Source: an uncultured Janthinobacterium sp. (lineage in GTDB: Bacteria > Vulcanimicrobiota > Vulcanimicrobiia > Vulcanimicrobiales > Vulcanimicrobiaceae). From it: DNA of 15,511 nt. Below the pieces are notes generated by a model, which was not told the DNA's origin, ran no database searches, and worked only from the letters and a program-made list of their open reading frames with translations. Below are positions 1 through 8,356 of this stretch, piece by piece. The stretch is from contig CAZZXB010000049.1 of NCBI GenBank assembly GCA_964658025.1, forward strand, positions 4,524 through 20,034. Direction: 5' to 3'. How positions within the stretch are numbered: the first letter of the stretch is position 1; each line of letters begins with the position of its first letter. The translations under genes and the position numbers were made by a program.

Positions 1-15
1 CGGGCGTCTCCCGGC

Positions 16-21
16 TATAAT
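16..21 (+). promoter_or_regulatory. Putative sigma70-type -10 box (TATAAT) for the rpmH-rnpA-yidD-yidC-jag-mnmE operon
   Basis: Perfect TATAAT, rare in this GC-rich context, ~65 nt upstream of the rpmH start. The -35 element would lie before the window start. Confidence 0.7.
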
Positions 22-85
22 TCTGCGTCTGCTCGAGCCCGCGATGCGTTCGTCGCAGGGCTCGATCGCTTTGGAGACGTGACCC

Positions 86-220
86 GTGAAACGTACGTAT
101 CAACCCCACAACCGGCGCCGCAAACGCGTCCATGGATTCATGGAGCGTATGAGCACGAAAAACGGCCGTAAGGTGCTCGCCGCGCGTCGGAAGAAGGGCC
201 GCAAGCGCCTGACCGTCTAG
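86..220 (+). CDS. rpmH: 50S ribosomal protein L34
   Basis: Manual translation from GTG86: [44 protein letters not shown] (44 aa), a classic L34. GGAG SD at 73-76; directly upstream of rnpA. Too short for the ORF track. Confidence 0.98.
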   Translation: MKRTYQPHNRRRKRVHGFMERMSTKNGRKVLAARRKKGRKRLTV

Positions 221-224
221 CGCC

Positions 225-554
225 GTGCGACGGTACGCCGCCCTGCGTCGGACGAGCGACATCGCGTTCGTCCGCCGGACCGGGCGGCGAACGTCGGGGA
301 GCGCGCTCGCCGTTTCCGCGGCGCGCTCGCGCGACGACGTCGCGAGCGTCGCGATCGTCGTCTCGAAGCGGGTCGGCAACGCGGTCGTCCGCAACCGCGT
401 GAAGCGTCGTTTACGCGGCGCGCTCGACGCGTTCGGGTCGCTCGGGCCCGTCCGTCTCGTGCTCTCGGCGCGACCGCCCGCCGCGATCGCTTCGTACGAG
501 GCCTTGGCCCGCGAACTCCGCGACGCCCTCGCCCGGCTCGGTCTGCCCGCGTGA
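225..554 (+). CDS. rnpA: Ribonuclease P protein component
   Basis: Contains the RNR motif ([19 protein letters not shown]); 109 aa, basic; canonical position after rpmH. Confidence 0.95.
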   Translation: MRRYAALRRTSDIAFVRRTGRRTSGSALAVSAARSRDDVASVAIVVSKRVGNAVVRNRVKRRLRGALDAFGSLGPVRLVLSARPPAAIASYEALARELRDALARLGLPA

Positions 555-769
555 CGATCGTCCGCCGCCTCGCCGTCGTCCCGATCCGGGTCTATCGCGC
601 GGCGATCTCGCCCTTGCTCGGACCGCGCTGCCGATACTATCCGTCGTGTTCGCAGTATGCCGAAGAAGCGACGTTGAAACACGGGATCGTACGCGGTGTA
701 TCGCTCGCCGTGTGGCGCGTACTGCGTTGCAATCCGTGGAGTCCGGGCGGGATCGACCGCGTTCCGTGA
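551..769 (+). CDS. yidD: Membrane protein insertion efficiency factor YidD
   Basis: [35 protein letters not shown] signature; GTGA overlap with the rnpA stop. Confidence 0.96.
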   Translation: MTIVRRLAVVPIRVYRAAISPLLGPRCRYYPSCSQYAEEATLKHGIVRGVSLAVWRVLRCNPWSPGGIDRVP

Positions 770-821
770 TCTCGGCTCGCGCACCGTCTTCCGTCCGGAT
801 ACCGTGAAAGGTCTCATCCCT

Positions 822-1709
822 GTGGAGTTCCACCCCGCGACGCTCGCGTTCGCGTTCCCCAATCTCCTGGCGCCCGTGGAAGCCGTCGTCCACACGGTCC
901 TGACCGCCGTCTTCCATACGGTCCACAACTACGGATGGAGCCTCGTCATCCTCGCCCTCGCGGTGAAGCTGATCATCTGGCCGCTCGGTACGATGCAGTA
1001 CAAGAGCATGCTCAAGATGCAGGTGCTCCAGCCGAAGATGAAAGCGTTACAGGCGAAATACAAGGACGATCGCGAGAAGCTCAACGCGGCGACGATGGAG
1101 ATGTATCGCGAGAACGGCACGAACCCGCTCGCGAGCTGTCTGCCCTCGCTGCTCCAGTTGCCGATCCTCTTCAGCCTCTACGCCGCGATCAACGCCGACA
1201 AGCCGCTCTTCGCGAGTCAGAAATGGCTCTGGATCGGCAGTCCCGCCGCGGCGAGCGTTCCGAATCACATCCTCGGGACGAGCCTCGCGGCGCCCGACTA
1301 CCTCTTGCTCGTGCTCTACATCGCCTCGATGTATTTCAGCGTGAAGTTCACGAGCCCGCCCGCGATGGACGAGGCGGCCGCGCAACAGCAGAAGATCATG
1401 TCGTTCGTATCGCCCGTGATGATCGGCTACATGGGCTTCAAATTCGCCTGGCCCTCCGCGCTCATCATCTATTGGCTCTCGTTCAATCTCTTCTCGATGG
1501 CGCAGCAACTCTATCTCATCCGCAAGTATCCGCGTCCGCGTGCGGACGCCGTCGCGACGGTCGCGACCCAGGCGAAGGTCTCGGCGAAAAACGGCGCGTC
1601 GCGGGCGAACGCGAACGGCTCGCCCGCGCTCGCGACCGATCTCGACGGCACGGTCGCGGTGAAGACGACGGGCGGCGGATCGCGCGCCGCGCGCCGCCGT
1701 CGCCGCTGA
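822..1709 (+). CDS. yidC: YidC/Oxa1 membrane protein insertase (short form, no large periplasmic domain)
   Basis: NYGWSLVILALAVKLIIWPL, LQPKMKALQAKYKDD, NPLASCLPSLLQLPIL, SALIIYW..N..SMAQQ motifs. Start reassigned to GTG822, which follows GAAAGGT SD at 806-812; the ORF-track start 696 lies inside yidD. Confidence 0.93.
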   Translation: MEFHPATLAFAFPNLLAPVEAVVHTVLTAVFHTVHNYGWSLVILALAVKLIIWPLGTMQYKSMLKMQVLQPKMKALQAKYKDDREKLNAATMEMYRENGTNPLASCLPSLLQLPILFSLYAAINADKPLFASQKWLWIGSPAAASVPNHILGTSLAAPDYLLLVLYIASMYFSVKFTSPPAMDEAAAQQQKIMSFVSPVMIGYMGFKFAWPSALIIYWLSFNLFSMAQQLYLIRKYPRPRADAVATVATQAKVSAKNGASRANANGSPALATDLDGTVAVKTTGGGSRAARRRRR

Positions 1710-1751
1710 CGCCGCACGAGTCGGGCATCTGAAAGCAAAGGACCCACGGTT

Positions 1752-2399
1752 TTGGACGACGATCAGCGACCCGCGGGCGACGGCGCTCCCGCCTACGGAC
1801 AACGGCGCCGCGCGGGCCGACCGCAAGGCGGTCCCCCGAGCGGCCGCGGGCCCTCCGGCGGCAACCGCGAGCGCGGCGATTTTCCGCGGCGCGACTTCAC
1901 GCCCGCACCGCGACCGCCGCGCGCGGAAGCGCAACCGGAGCCCGAGTCGGCGCGTCCGGCGCGCGAACTGCTGGAGACGCTCCTCGCGAAGATGGGCATC
2001 CTCGGGACGCGCGTTCGGTATTACGCGCGGACCGAAGGCGAGTATCTCGAAGTCGACGGTCCCGATCTCGCGAACCTCATCGGCCGTCACGGCCACACGC
2101 TCGAGGCGCTCAATCTCGTCTTCAATAATATGGTGAACGCGGGCGTCAAAAAGGATCGCCACTACTTCACGATCGATGCCGAGGGCTATCGGGCGCGTCG
2201 CGCCGACCTGCTCAAGGGGCTCGCGCTCCAGACGCTCGAGCGCGCGATGCGCGAGAAGCGGCCGATCTCGCTCGAGCCGATGTTGCCTTCCGAGCGTAAG
2301 GTCATCCACCTCGCGCTCGCCGACAACCCGTTCGTCGCGACGGAGTCGAGCGGCGCGGAGCCCGAGCGCCGGGTCGTCGTCATCCCCCGCGCGGGCTAA
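1752..2399 (+). CDS. jag: Jag/KhpB/EloR RNA-binding protein (KH + R3H domains)
   Basis: KH motif LIGRHGHTLEAL, IDAEGYRARR, R3H motif LEPMLPSERKVIHLAL..TESSGAEPERRVVV. TTG start with AAAGGA SD at 1737-1742; canonical position after yidC. Confidence 0.93.
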   Translation: MDDDQRPAGDGAPAYGQRRRAGRPQGGPPSGRGPSGGNRERGDFPRRDFTPAPRPPRAEAQPEPESARPARELLETLLAKMGILGTRVRYYARTEGEYLEVDGPDLANLIGRHGHTLEALNLVFNNMVNAGVKKDRHYFTIDAEGYRARRADLLKGLALQTLERAMREKRPISLEPMLPSERKVIHLALADNPFVATESSGAEPERRVVVIPRAG

Positions 2400-2402
2400 C
2401 CG

Positions 2403-3776
2403 ACGCCGCTTTCGCCGCGGGAGTCCGGCGGCGCGACGATCGCCGCGATCGCGACGCCGCCCGGGCGCGGGGCGATCGCGATCGTCCGGCTCTCGGGCCC
2501 GGACGCGCTCGCCGTCGCTCGGATCGTCGCCCGTACGCCCGAGCCGCCCCGTCCGCGCACGGCCGAACGGACGCGGATCCACGCGGCGGACGGATCGCTC
2601 TTGGACGAGGGCCTGCTCCTGTATTTTCCGGCTCCGCGCAGCTACACGGGCGAGGACGTCGTCGAGCTCCACGTCCACGGCTCGCCCGCGGTCGCCCGCG
2701 AGACGTTGCTCGCGCTGCTCGCCGCGGGGGCGCGGGCGGCCGGTCCGGGCGAGTTCACGCGCCGCGCGTTCGAGGCGGGGAAGCTCGATCTCTCGGCGGC
2801 CGAGGCCGTCGCGGACGTGATCGCCGCGGAACATCGGGGTGCGGTCCGAGCCGCGGCGGCGCGTCTTGCGGGCGGGCTCGCGCGGACGGTCGAGCGGCTC
2901 GGCGCCACGCTCGCGCTCGCGCTCGAGGAGCTCGCCGCGACGCTCGATTTTCCGGACGAAGTCGAACCGCCGTCCGCGGACGCGCTCGCGGGTCGGCTCG
3001 CGGCCGTCGATGCCGAGCTCGCCGAGCTCGAGGACGATTACGAGCGGGGCCGGCTCCTGCGTGAGGGGATCGGGATCGCGATCGTCGGTCCGCCGAACGC
3101 CGGAAAGTCGTCGCTGCTCAACGCGTTGCTCGGCGAGGAGCGCGCGCTCGTCTCGCCCGCGGCCGGGACGACCCGCGACACGATCGAGGAACTCGTCGCG
3201 CTCGGCGACGGCGCGGTCGCGCGCCTCACCGACACCGCGGGGCTGCGCGCGAGCGCGGAGCCGGTCGAAGCCGCGGGGATCCGACGCGCCGAAGCGGCCG
3301 CCGCAGCCGCGTCGATCCTGCTCGTCGTGATCGACGGCTCGGTGCCGCTCTCCGCGGAGGCCGCGTCGCTGCTGGCGCGGACGCGCGAGCGCGAGCGCGT
3401 CGTTTTCTTCAACAAGGCCGATCTCGGCGACGCCGGATTCGCCTCGCGGGAGGCGCCCGAGCGCGACGCGCGCGCGGGGAGCGCGCTCCGCGAGGCCGAC
3501 GTCGAGGCGCTCCGCGCGGCGCTCGCGAGACTCGCGGGATCGGGGACGGCCGACGTCGCCCGCCCGACGCTCGGCACGATCCGTCAGGTGGGGGCGGTCC
3601 GCGACGCCCGCGCGGCGCTCGCCCACGCGCTGGCGACGCTCGCCGCGGACGCGCCGATCGATCTCGTCGCGGGCGACCTCGCGGACGCGCGCGGGGCCCT
3701 CGGCGCGCTGACCGGTCGCGACGCGAGCGAGGCGCTGCTCGACGGTATCTTCGCGCGCTTCTGCATCGGGAAGTAG
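2403..3776 (+). CDS. mnmE: tRNA uridine-5-carboxymethylaminomethyl(34) synthesis GTPase MnmE (start codon uncertain)
   Basis: N-terminal [21 protein letters not shown] at 2436, [30 protein letters not shown]1 [10 protein letters not shown]2 GTTRD, G3 DTAG, G4 NKAD, C-terminal FCIGK. No ATG/GTG/TTG lies upstream of the conserved N-terminus, so ACG2403 is used provisionally. Confidence 0.93.
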   Translation, partial: TPLSPRESGGATIAAIATPPGRGAIAIVRLSGPDALAVARIVARTPEPPRPRTAERTRIHAADGSLLDEGLLLYFPAPRSYTGEDVVELHVHGSPAVARETLLALLAAGARAAGPGEFTRRAFEAGKLDLSAAEAVADVIAAEHRGAVRAAAARLAGGLARTVERLGATLALALEELAATLDFPDEVEPPSADALAGRLAAVDAELAELEDDYERGRLLREGIGIAIVGPPNAGKSSLLNALLGEERALVSPAAGTTRDTIEELVALGDGAVARLTDTAGLRASAEPVEAAGIRRAEAAAAAASILLVVIDGSVPLSAEAASLLARTRERERVVFFNKADLGDAGFASREAPERDARAGSALREADVEALRAALARLAGSGTADVARPTLGTIRQVGAVRDARAALAHALATLAADAPIDLVAGDLADARGALGALTGRDASEALLDGIFARFCIGK

Positions 3777-3932
3777 GCCGCGGGGTGTGCCTCGCCGGAA
3801 CGGCGCGGACGGCCGAGCGCGCGGAGCGACCCGCGGATCGGCGATATGCCCCGGCGCGGGCATCCGGCGTGGCGCACGTCCCGTGCGCGGCGACGGTCGC
3901 GCCTCGAAACGGCGCGCAGGACCCGCGTCGGA

Positions 3933-3941
3933 TGGTAGAAT
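3933..3941 (+). promoter_or_regulatory. Putative extended -10 promoter (TGgTAGAAT) for the mnmG-rsmG-cca unit
   Basis: TGn + TAGAAT ends 7 nt before the mnmG ATG, with no SD between. Confidence 0.55.
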
Positions 3942-3948
3942 ACGGCGG

Positions 3949-5973
3949 ATGACATGGCTGGAAGGCGACGCCGAGGTGATCGTCGTCGGCGGCGGGCACG
4001 CGGGCGTCGAGGCGGCGCACGCGGCGGCGAAGCTCGGCGCGCGGACGATCCTCGTTACGGGTGACGCCGAGCGGATCTGCGCGCTCGCGTGCAACCCGTC
4101 GGTCGGCGGGAGCGCGAAGGGTCAGGTCGTCCGCGAGATCGACGCGCTCGGGGGCGCGATGGCGCGCATCGTCGATCGCTGTTCGCTCCACGCGCGCTTC
4201 CTCAACGAGAGCAAGGGACCCGCGGTGCGCGCGCTCCGCGTTCAGGCGGATAAGGAAGCGTACGTGCGCGAGGCGACCGCGCTCCTGCGATCGCTTCGGA
4301 ACCTAACGATCGTCGAAGGGCTCGTCGAGGACCTGCGCGTCGAAGCGGGCGCGATCCGAGGCGTCGCGCTCGCGGGCGGACGCGCGTTGCGCGCGCGCGC
4401 CGTCGTGCTCGCGACCGGGACGTTTCTCGGCGGGAAGATCTACTGCGGCGAATGGAGCGAGCCCGCGGGTCGTCGCGACGAACCGCCCGCGCTCGCGCTC
4501 GCGGAAACCCTGCGGCGACTGGGTTTTCCGACCGGTCGGCTCAAGACGGGGACGCCGCCGCGCGTCGACGCCGCGAGCGTCTCGTACGCGCGGATGCGCG
4601 AGCAGACGCCGAGCCCGGAGCCGCTGGCCTTTTCGTTTGCGGGCGAGCCCGCGTTCGCCGGTCCCCAGCTCTCGTGCCACATCACGCAGACGGGCGACGC
4701 GACGCACGCGCTCGTGCGCGACAACCTCCATCGTTCGCCGCTCTACGGCCTCGATCTCATCCGCGGGATCGGCCCGCGTTACTGCCCTTCGATAGAAGAT
4801 AAGGTCATTAAGTTTTCGCATAACCCGTCGCATCTGATCTTCGTCGAGCCCGAGGGGTGGGCGACGGATTCGCTCTACGTCGGCGGCTTCTCGACGTCGC
4901 TCCCCGCGGACGTCCAGCTCGCGATGTTGCGGACGTTGCCGGGACTCGAGGACGCGCGGATGCTCCGGCCGGGATATGCGGTCGAATACGACTACGTCCC
5001 GCCGACCGAACTCCATCCGTCGCTCGAAACGCGACGCGTGCGCGGCCTCTTCCATTGCGGGCAGCTCAACGGGACCTCGGGATACGAGGAGGCGGCGGCG
5101 CAGGGCCTCGTCGCCGGCGTCAACGCCGCGCGCTCGGTTTTCGGGAAGTCGGCATTCGTGCCGACGCGGGCCGAGTCGTACATCGGCGTCTTGCTCGACG
5201 ATCTCGTGACGCGCGGCGTGGACGAGCCGTACCGCCTGCTCACGTCGCGCGCCGAACATCGCGTGATGCTCCGGCACGACAACGCCGATCTGCGGCTCTC
5301 GCCGACCGGATTCGCACTCGGACTCCTCGGCGCGGCCGAGCACGACGCGTTCCTCGCCCGCCGCGCCGCGCTCGCGACGGCCCGATCGGCCGCCTCGCGC
5401 GTGCGGATCGCCGTCGGCGTGCCGCCGCAGGCGCTCGCGGTCGACGTGGCGCTGCGTCGGCCCGAAATCGGCGCGATCGACGTCGCGGCGGCGCTCTCCG
5501 AGGTGCCGTTCCCGATCGTCGAACGGCTCGCGATCGAGCTCAAGCTCGCGTCGTACGTGGCGCGACAGGAAGTCGCCGTCGCGCGTGCGGCGCGCGACGA
5601 AGGCGCGTCCGTCCCGGAGACGTTCGCGTTCGGCGAGGTCGCCGCGCTCTCGCGCGAAGCGCGCGAGAAATTCGCCCGCTACCGACCGCGCTCGCTCGGC
5701 GCGGCCGGACGCATCCCGGGGATCGCGCCCGCCGACGTCGACATCCTCGGCGTCGCGCTCCGCCGGTCACGCGCGGCCGGCGGCACGGGATCGGCCGCAC
5801 GCGGCGTCGCGTCGGCGACGGACGCGGCGGAAATCGCCGAGAACGGCGCCCGATCGACGGCCGATTTCGCGGCGTCGTCCGCGCCCGGCGCGCGACCGGC
5901 GGCCGCCGCGGAATCGGCGACGCTCGGCCGGGAAGCCGCACGTGTCGGCGCGGGTTCGAGCCCCGGGGCATGA
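3949..5973 (+). CDS. mnmG: tRNA uridine-5-carboxymethylaminomethyl(34) synthesis enzyme MnmG (GidA)
   Basis: [13 protein letters not shown] motif, [65 protein letters not shown]. Start set at ATG3949 ([10 protein letters not shown]). Confidence 0.97.
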   Translation: MTWLEGDAEVIVVGGGHAGVEAAHAAAKLGARTILVTGDAERICALACNPSVGGSAKGQVVREIDALGGAMARIVDRCSLHARFLNESKGPAVRALRVQADKEAYVREATALLRSLRNLTIVEGLVEDLRVEAGAIRGVALAGGRALRARAVVLATGTFLGGKIYCGEWSEPAGRRDEPPALALAETLRRLGFPTGRLKTGTPPRVDAASVSYARMREQTPSPEPLAFSFAGEPAFAGPQLSCHITQTGDATHALVRDNLHRSPLYGLDLIRGIGPRYCPSIEDKVIKFSHNPSHLIFVEPEGWATDSLYVGGFSTSLPADVQLAMLRTLPGLEDARMLRPGYAVEYDYVPPTELHPSLETRRVRGLFHCGQLNGTSGYEEAAAQGLVAGVNAARSVFGKSAFVPTRAESYIGVLLDDLVTRGVDEPYRLLTSRAEHRVMLRHDNADLRLSPTGFALGLLGAAEHDAFLARRAALATARSAASRVRIAVGVPPQALAVDVALRRPEIGAIDVAAALSEVPFPIVERLAIELKLASYVARQEVAVARAARDEGASVPETFAFGEVAALSREAREKFARYRPRSLGAAGRIPGIAPADVDILGVALRRSRAAGGTGSAARGVASATDAAEIAENGARSTADFAASSAPGARPAAAAESATLGREAARVGAGSSPGA

Positions 5974-6671
5974 GCGACGCGGTAGCGGCGCGACTCGCGG
6001 CGCTCGACGCGGACGACGGGGTCCGCGCGAAGCTCGAGACGTTCGCGACGATGCTTCTCGAGCGCAACGCCGCGACGAACCTCACGGCCGCGCGCGATCC
6101 GCTCGCGGTCCTCGACCACGTCGAAGATTCGCTCGCGCTCCGACCGTTCGTCCGGACGCCGCTCGTCGACGTCGGAAGCGGCGGCGGCTTCCCGGGGATC
6201 GTGCTCGCGATCGCGCTCGACGGGCCGGTCACGCTCGTCGAGTCGGTCGCGAAGAAGGCGCGGTTCCTCGCCGACGTCGCGGAGCGCCTCGAACTGCGGG
6301 CGACGGTGCTCGCCGAGCGGGCCGAAGACGTCGCGCGTCGGGCGGAGCATCGCGACGGCTACGCGTCGGCGACCGCGCGCGCCGTCGGGAGCCTCGCGAC
6401 CGTCCTCGAGCTCACGCTGCCGTTCCTCGCGACGGACGGCGTCGCCGTCCTACAACGCGGGAGCCTCTCGGGTGAAGAGCGCGCCGCCGCCTCGGACGCG
6501 GCACTCGTCCTCGGCGGGAGGGTCGAGGACGAGATCCGGACCGGGTCGGGCGACGACGAGCGTCGCCTCGTCGTCGTGCGCAAGATCGCCGCCGCGACCG
6601 GTCCCCGTTTTCCGCGGCGGGCGGGCGTTCCGGCGCGACGACCGCTCTGCTGGCAGGGCGCCGATGGCTGA
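5970..6671 (+). CDS. rsmG: 16S rRNA (guanine(527)-N7)-methyltransferase RsmG (GidB)
   Basis: [25 protein letters not shown] motif, [31 protein letters not shown] overlap with the mnmG stop. Confidence 0.95.
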   Translation: MSDAVAARLAALDADDGVRAKLETFATMLLERNAATNLTAARDPLAVLDHVEDSLALRPFVRTPLVDVGSGGGFPGIVLAIALDGPVTLVESVAKKARFLADVAERLELRATVLAERAEDVARRAEHRDGYASATARAVGSLATVLELTLPFLATDGVAVLQRGSLSGEERAAASDAALVLGGRVEDEIRTGSGDDERRLVVVRKIAAATGPRFPRRAGVPARRPLCWQGADG

Positions 6672-8058
6672 CGTCGATCCGGGCGCGCTCGATCGCACGC
6701 TCGCCGGGGTGTTCGCGCCCGGGACGCTCTACGCCGTCGGTGGCCGCGTGCGGGACGAGATCCGGACCGCGCTCGACGACCTCGCGCGACCGCCGAAAGA
6801 TCTCGATTACGTCGTGACGGGGATCGACGTCGCCGAACTCGTCGCGCGGCTCGAACGTGTCGGCGCCGCGAACGTCGTCGGCGCCTCGTTCGCCGTCGTG
6901 AAGGCGACGATCGACGGCACGACGGTCGACGTCGCCGTCCCGCGCCGCGAGCGCTCGACCGGGGTCGGGCACCGCGCGTTCTCGGTCGATTCCGGTCCCG
7001 ACGTTTCGCTCGAAGAGGACCTCGCGCGTCGCGATTTCCGGATGAACATGATCGCGCGCGCCCTGCCCTCGGGCGAACTCGTCGATCCGTACGGCGGCGA
7101 AGCGGACATTCGAGCGCGACGGATCGATCTGCTCCGACCCGAGGCGTTCGACGAGGATCCGCTGCGCATGCTCCGCGCGGCGCAGTTCGCCGCACGCTTC
7201 GCGTATCGACTCTCGGCCGAGACCTTCGAGCGGATGCGAGTCTCCGCGCCGCTCGTCGCGAGCGTCTCGGCGGAGCGCGTCCGCGATGAGGTCGTCAAGT
7301 TGCTCGCCGCCGCTCGGCCGTCGGTCGGCTTCGACGTCTTGCGCGAGACGGGCGTGCTCGCCGTCGTGCTGCCCGAGATCGCCGAGGGCATCGGGGTCGA
7401 GCAAAACGAGTACCATGCCTACGACGTGTACCGACACGCCCTCGCGACGCTCGACGCCGCGGCCGCCGCCACGACCGATCCGATGGTCCGTCTCGCCGCG
7501 CTCCTGCACGACGTCGGGAAGCCGCAGACGAAGGACGGCCCGCACTTCTATCGTCACGAGATCGTGGGCGCGGAGATCGCGCGCGCGTTGCTCGGACGCC
7601 TGCGCTTCTCCGCCGACGAGATCGATCTCGTGACCGGCCTCGTCCGCCAGCACATGTACGCGACGGGTCCGGAGTTGACCGACAGCGCGGTCCGGCGGTT
7701 CATCAAGCGGGTCGGCGCGGATCGGACGGAGCGGCAGTTCGCGCTCCGGCACGCCGACGTCGCCGGGAGCGGACTTCCGAAGCGCGAGAACGGCAACGCC
7801 GCCTTCGAGGCTCGCGTCAGGGCGGAGATCGCGAGGTCGCCCGCGCTGTCGAGTCGCGATCTCGACGTCGACGGTCGCGACGTCCTCGCCGCGCTCGAAC
7901 GATCTGGCCGGATCGCGAAGGGGGCGCGCGGCGGCCCGCTCGTCGGACGAATCCTCGACGCCCTCGTGGAAGACGTCCTCGACGATCCGACCCGCAACGA
8001 TCGCGTCGCGCTCCTCGCGCGAATCGACGAACTCGCCGCGCGAGACGCCATCGCGTAG
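6664..8058 (+). CDS. cca: Class II tRNA nucleotidyltransferase (CCA-adding enzyme) with HD domain
   Basis: YAVGGRVRD, DLD catalytic motif, EEDLARRDFRMN, EDPLRMLRA, SAERVRDE, then HD domain (H..DVYRH, LLHDVGKP, HEIVGA). ATG6664 overlaps the end of rsmG. Confidence 0.88.
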   Translation: MADVDPGALDRTLAGVFAPGTLYAVGGRVRDEIRTALDDLARPPKDLDYVVTGIDVAELVARLERVGAANVVGASFAVVKATIDGTTVDVAVPRRERSTGVGHRAFSVDSGPDVSLEEDLARRDFRMNMIARALPSGELVDPYGGEADIRARRIDLLRPEAFDEDPLRMLRAAQFAARFAYRLSAETFERMRVSAPLVASVSAERVRDEVVKLLAAARPSVGFDVLRETGVLAVVLPEIAEGIGVEQNEYHAYDVYRHALATLDAAAAATTDPMVRLAALLHDVGKPQTKDGPHFYRHEIVGAEIARALLGRLRFSADEIDLVTGLVRQHMYATGPELTDSAVRRFIKRVGADRTERQFALRHADVAGSGLPKRENGNAAFEARVRAEIARSPALSSRDLDVDGRDVLAALERSGRIAKGARGGPLVGRILDALVEDVLDDPTRNDRVALLARIDELAARDAIA

Positions 8059-8159
8059 CGATCCACGACCGTGGGGAACCGGGGTGCGTGCCCGCGGGGC
8101 CTCGCCGCCCCGGCCCGTGCACGCGTCGTCGACCCGTTCCGGGACCGCCGTGGCGCGGG

Positions 8160-8175
8160 TGTTTCACGTGGAACG
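8160..8175. promoter_or_regulatory. parS site 1 (TGTTTCACGTGGAACG)
   Basis: Matches the bacterial parS consensus TGTTTCACGTGAAACA at 14/16; upstream of parAB. Confidence 0.88.
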
Positions 8176-8205
8176 TTCGCGCGCAAGCACGTAGCCGGCT
8201 GTGCC

Positions 8206-8221
8206 TGTTTCATGTGAAACG
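8206..8221. promoter_or_regulatory. parS site 2 (TGTTTCATGTGAAACG)
   Basis: 14/16 match to the parS consensus; upstream of parAB. Confidence 0.88.
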
Positions 8222-8322
8222 GCGAAAGGAGTGTTGTGCTTGGGAACGGTCGGCCGAAGCCTCTCAACGCGGTCGCGGGTCTCGTGCGGACGATCGCGCG
8301 CGAGCACGTAGCCGGCTGTGCC

Positions 8323-8338
8323 TGTTTCATGTGAAACG
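8323..8338. promoter_or_regulatory. parS site 3 (TGTTTCATGTGAAACG)
   Basis: Identical to site 2 and 117 bp downstream of it, within a tandem duplication. Confidence 0.88.
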
Positions 8339-8356
8339 GCGAAGGGAGCGTTCGGC

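Noticed and set aside
1047..4094. 1015-aa minus-strand ORF and many other long Arg/Ala/Pro-rich overlapping ORFs
   Set aside because: Shadow ORFs of GC-rich genes. yidC, jag and mnmE share one frame, so the antisense frame stays open across them; no recognisable motifs.
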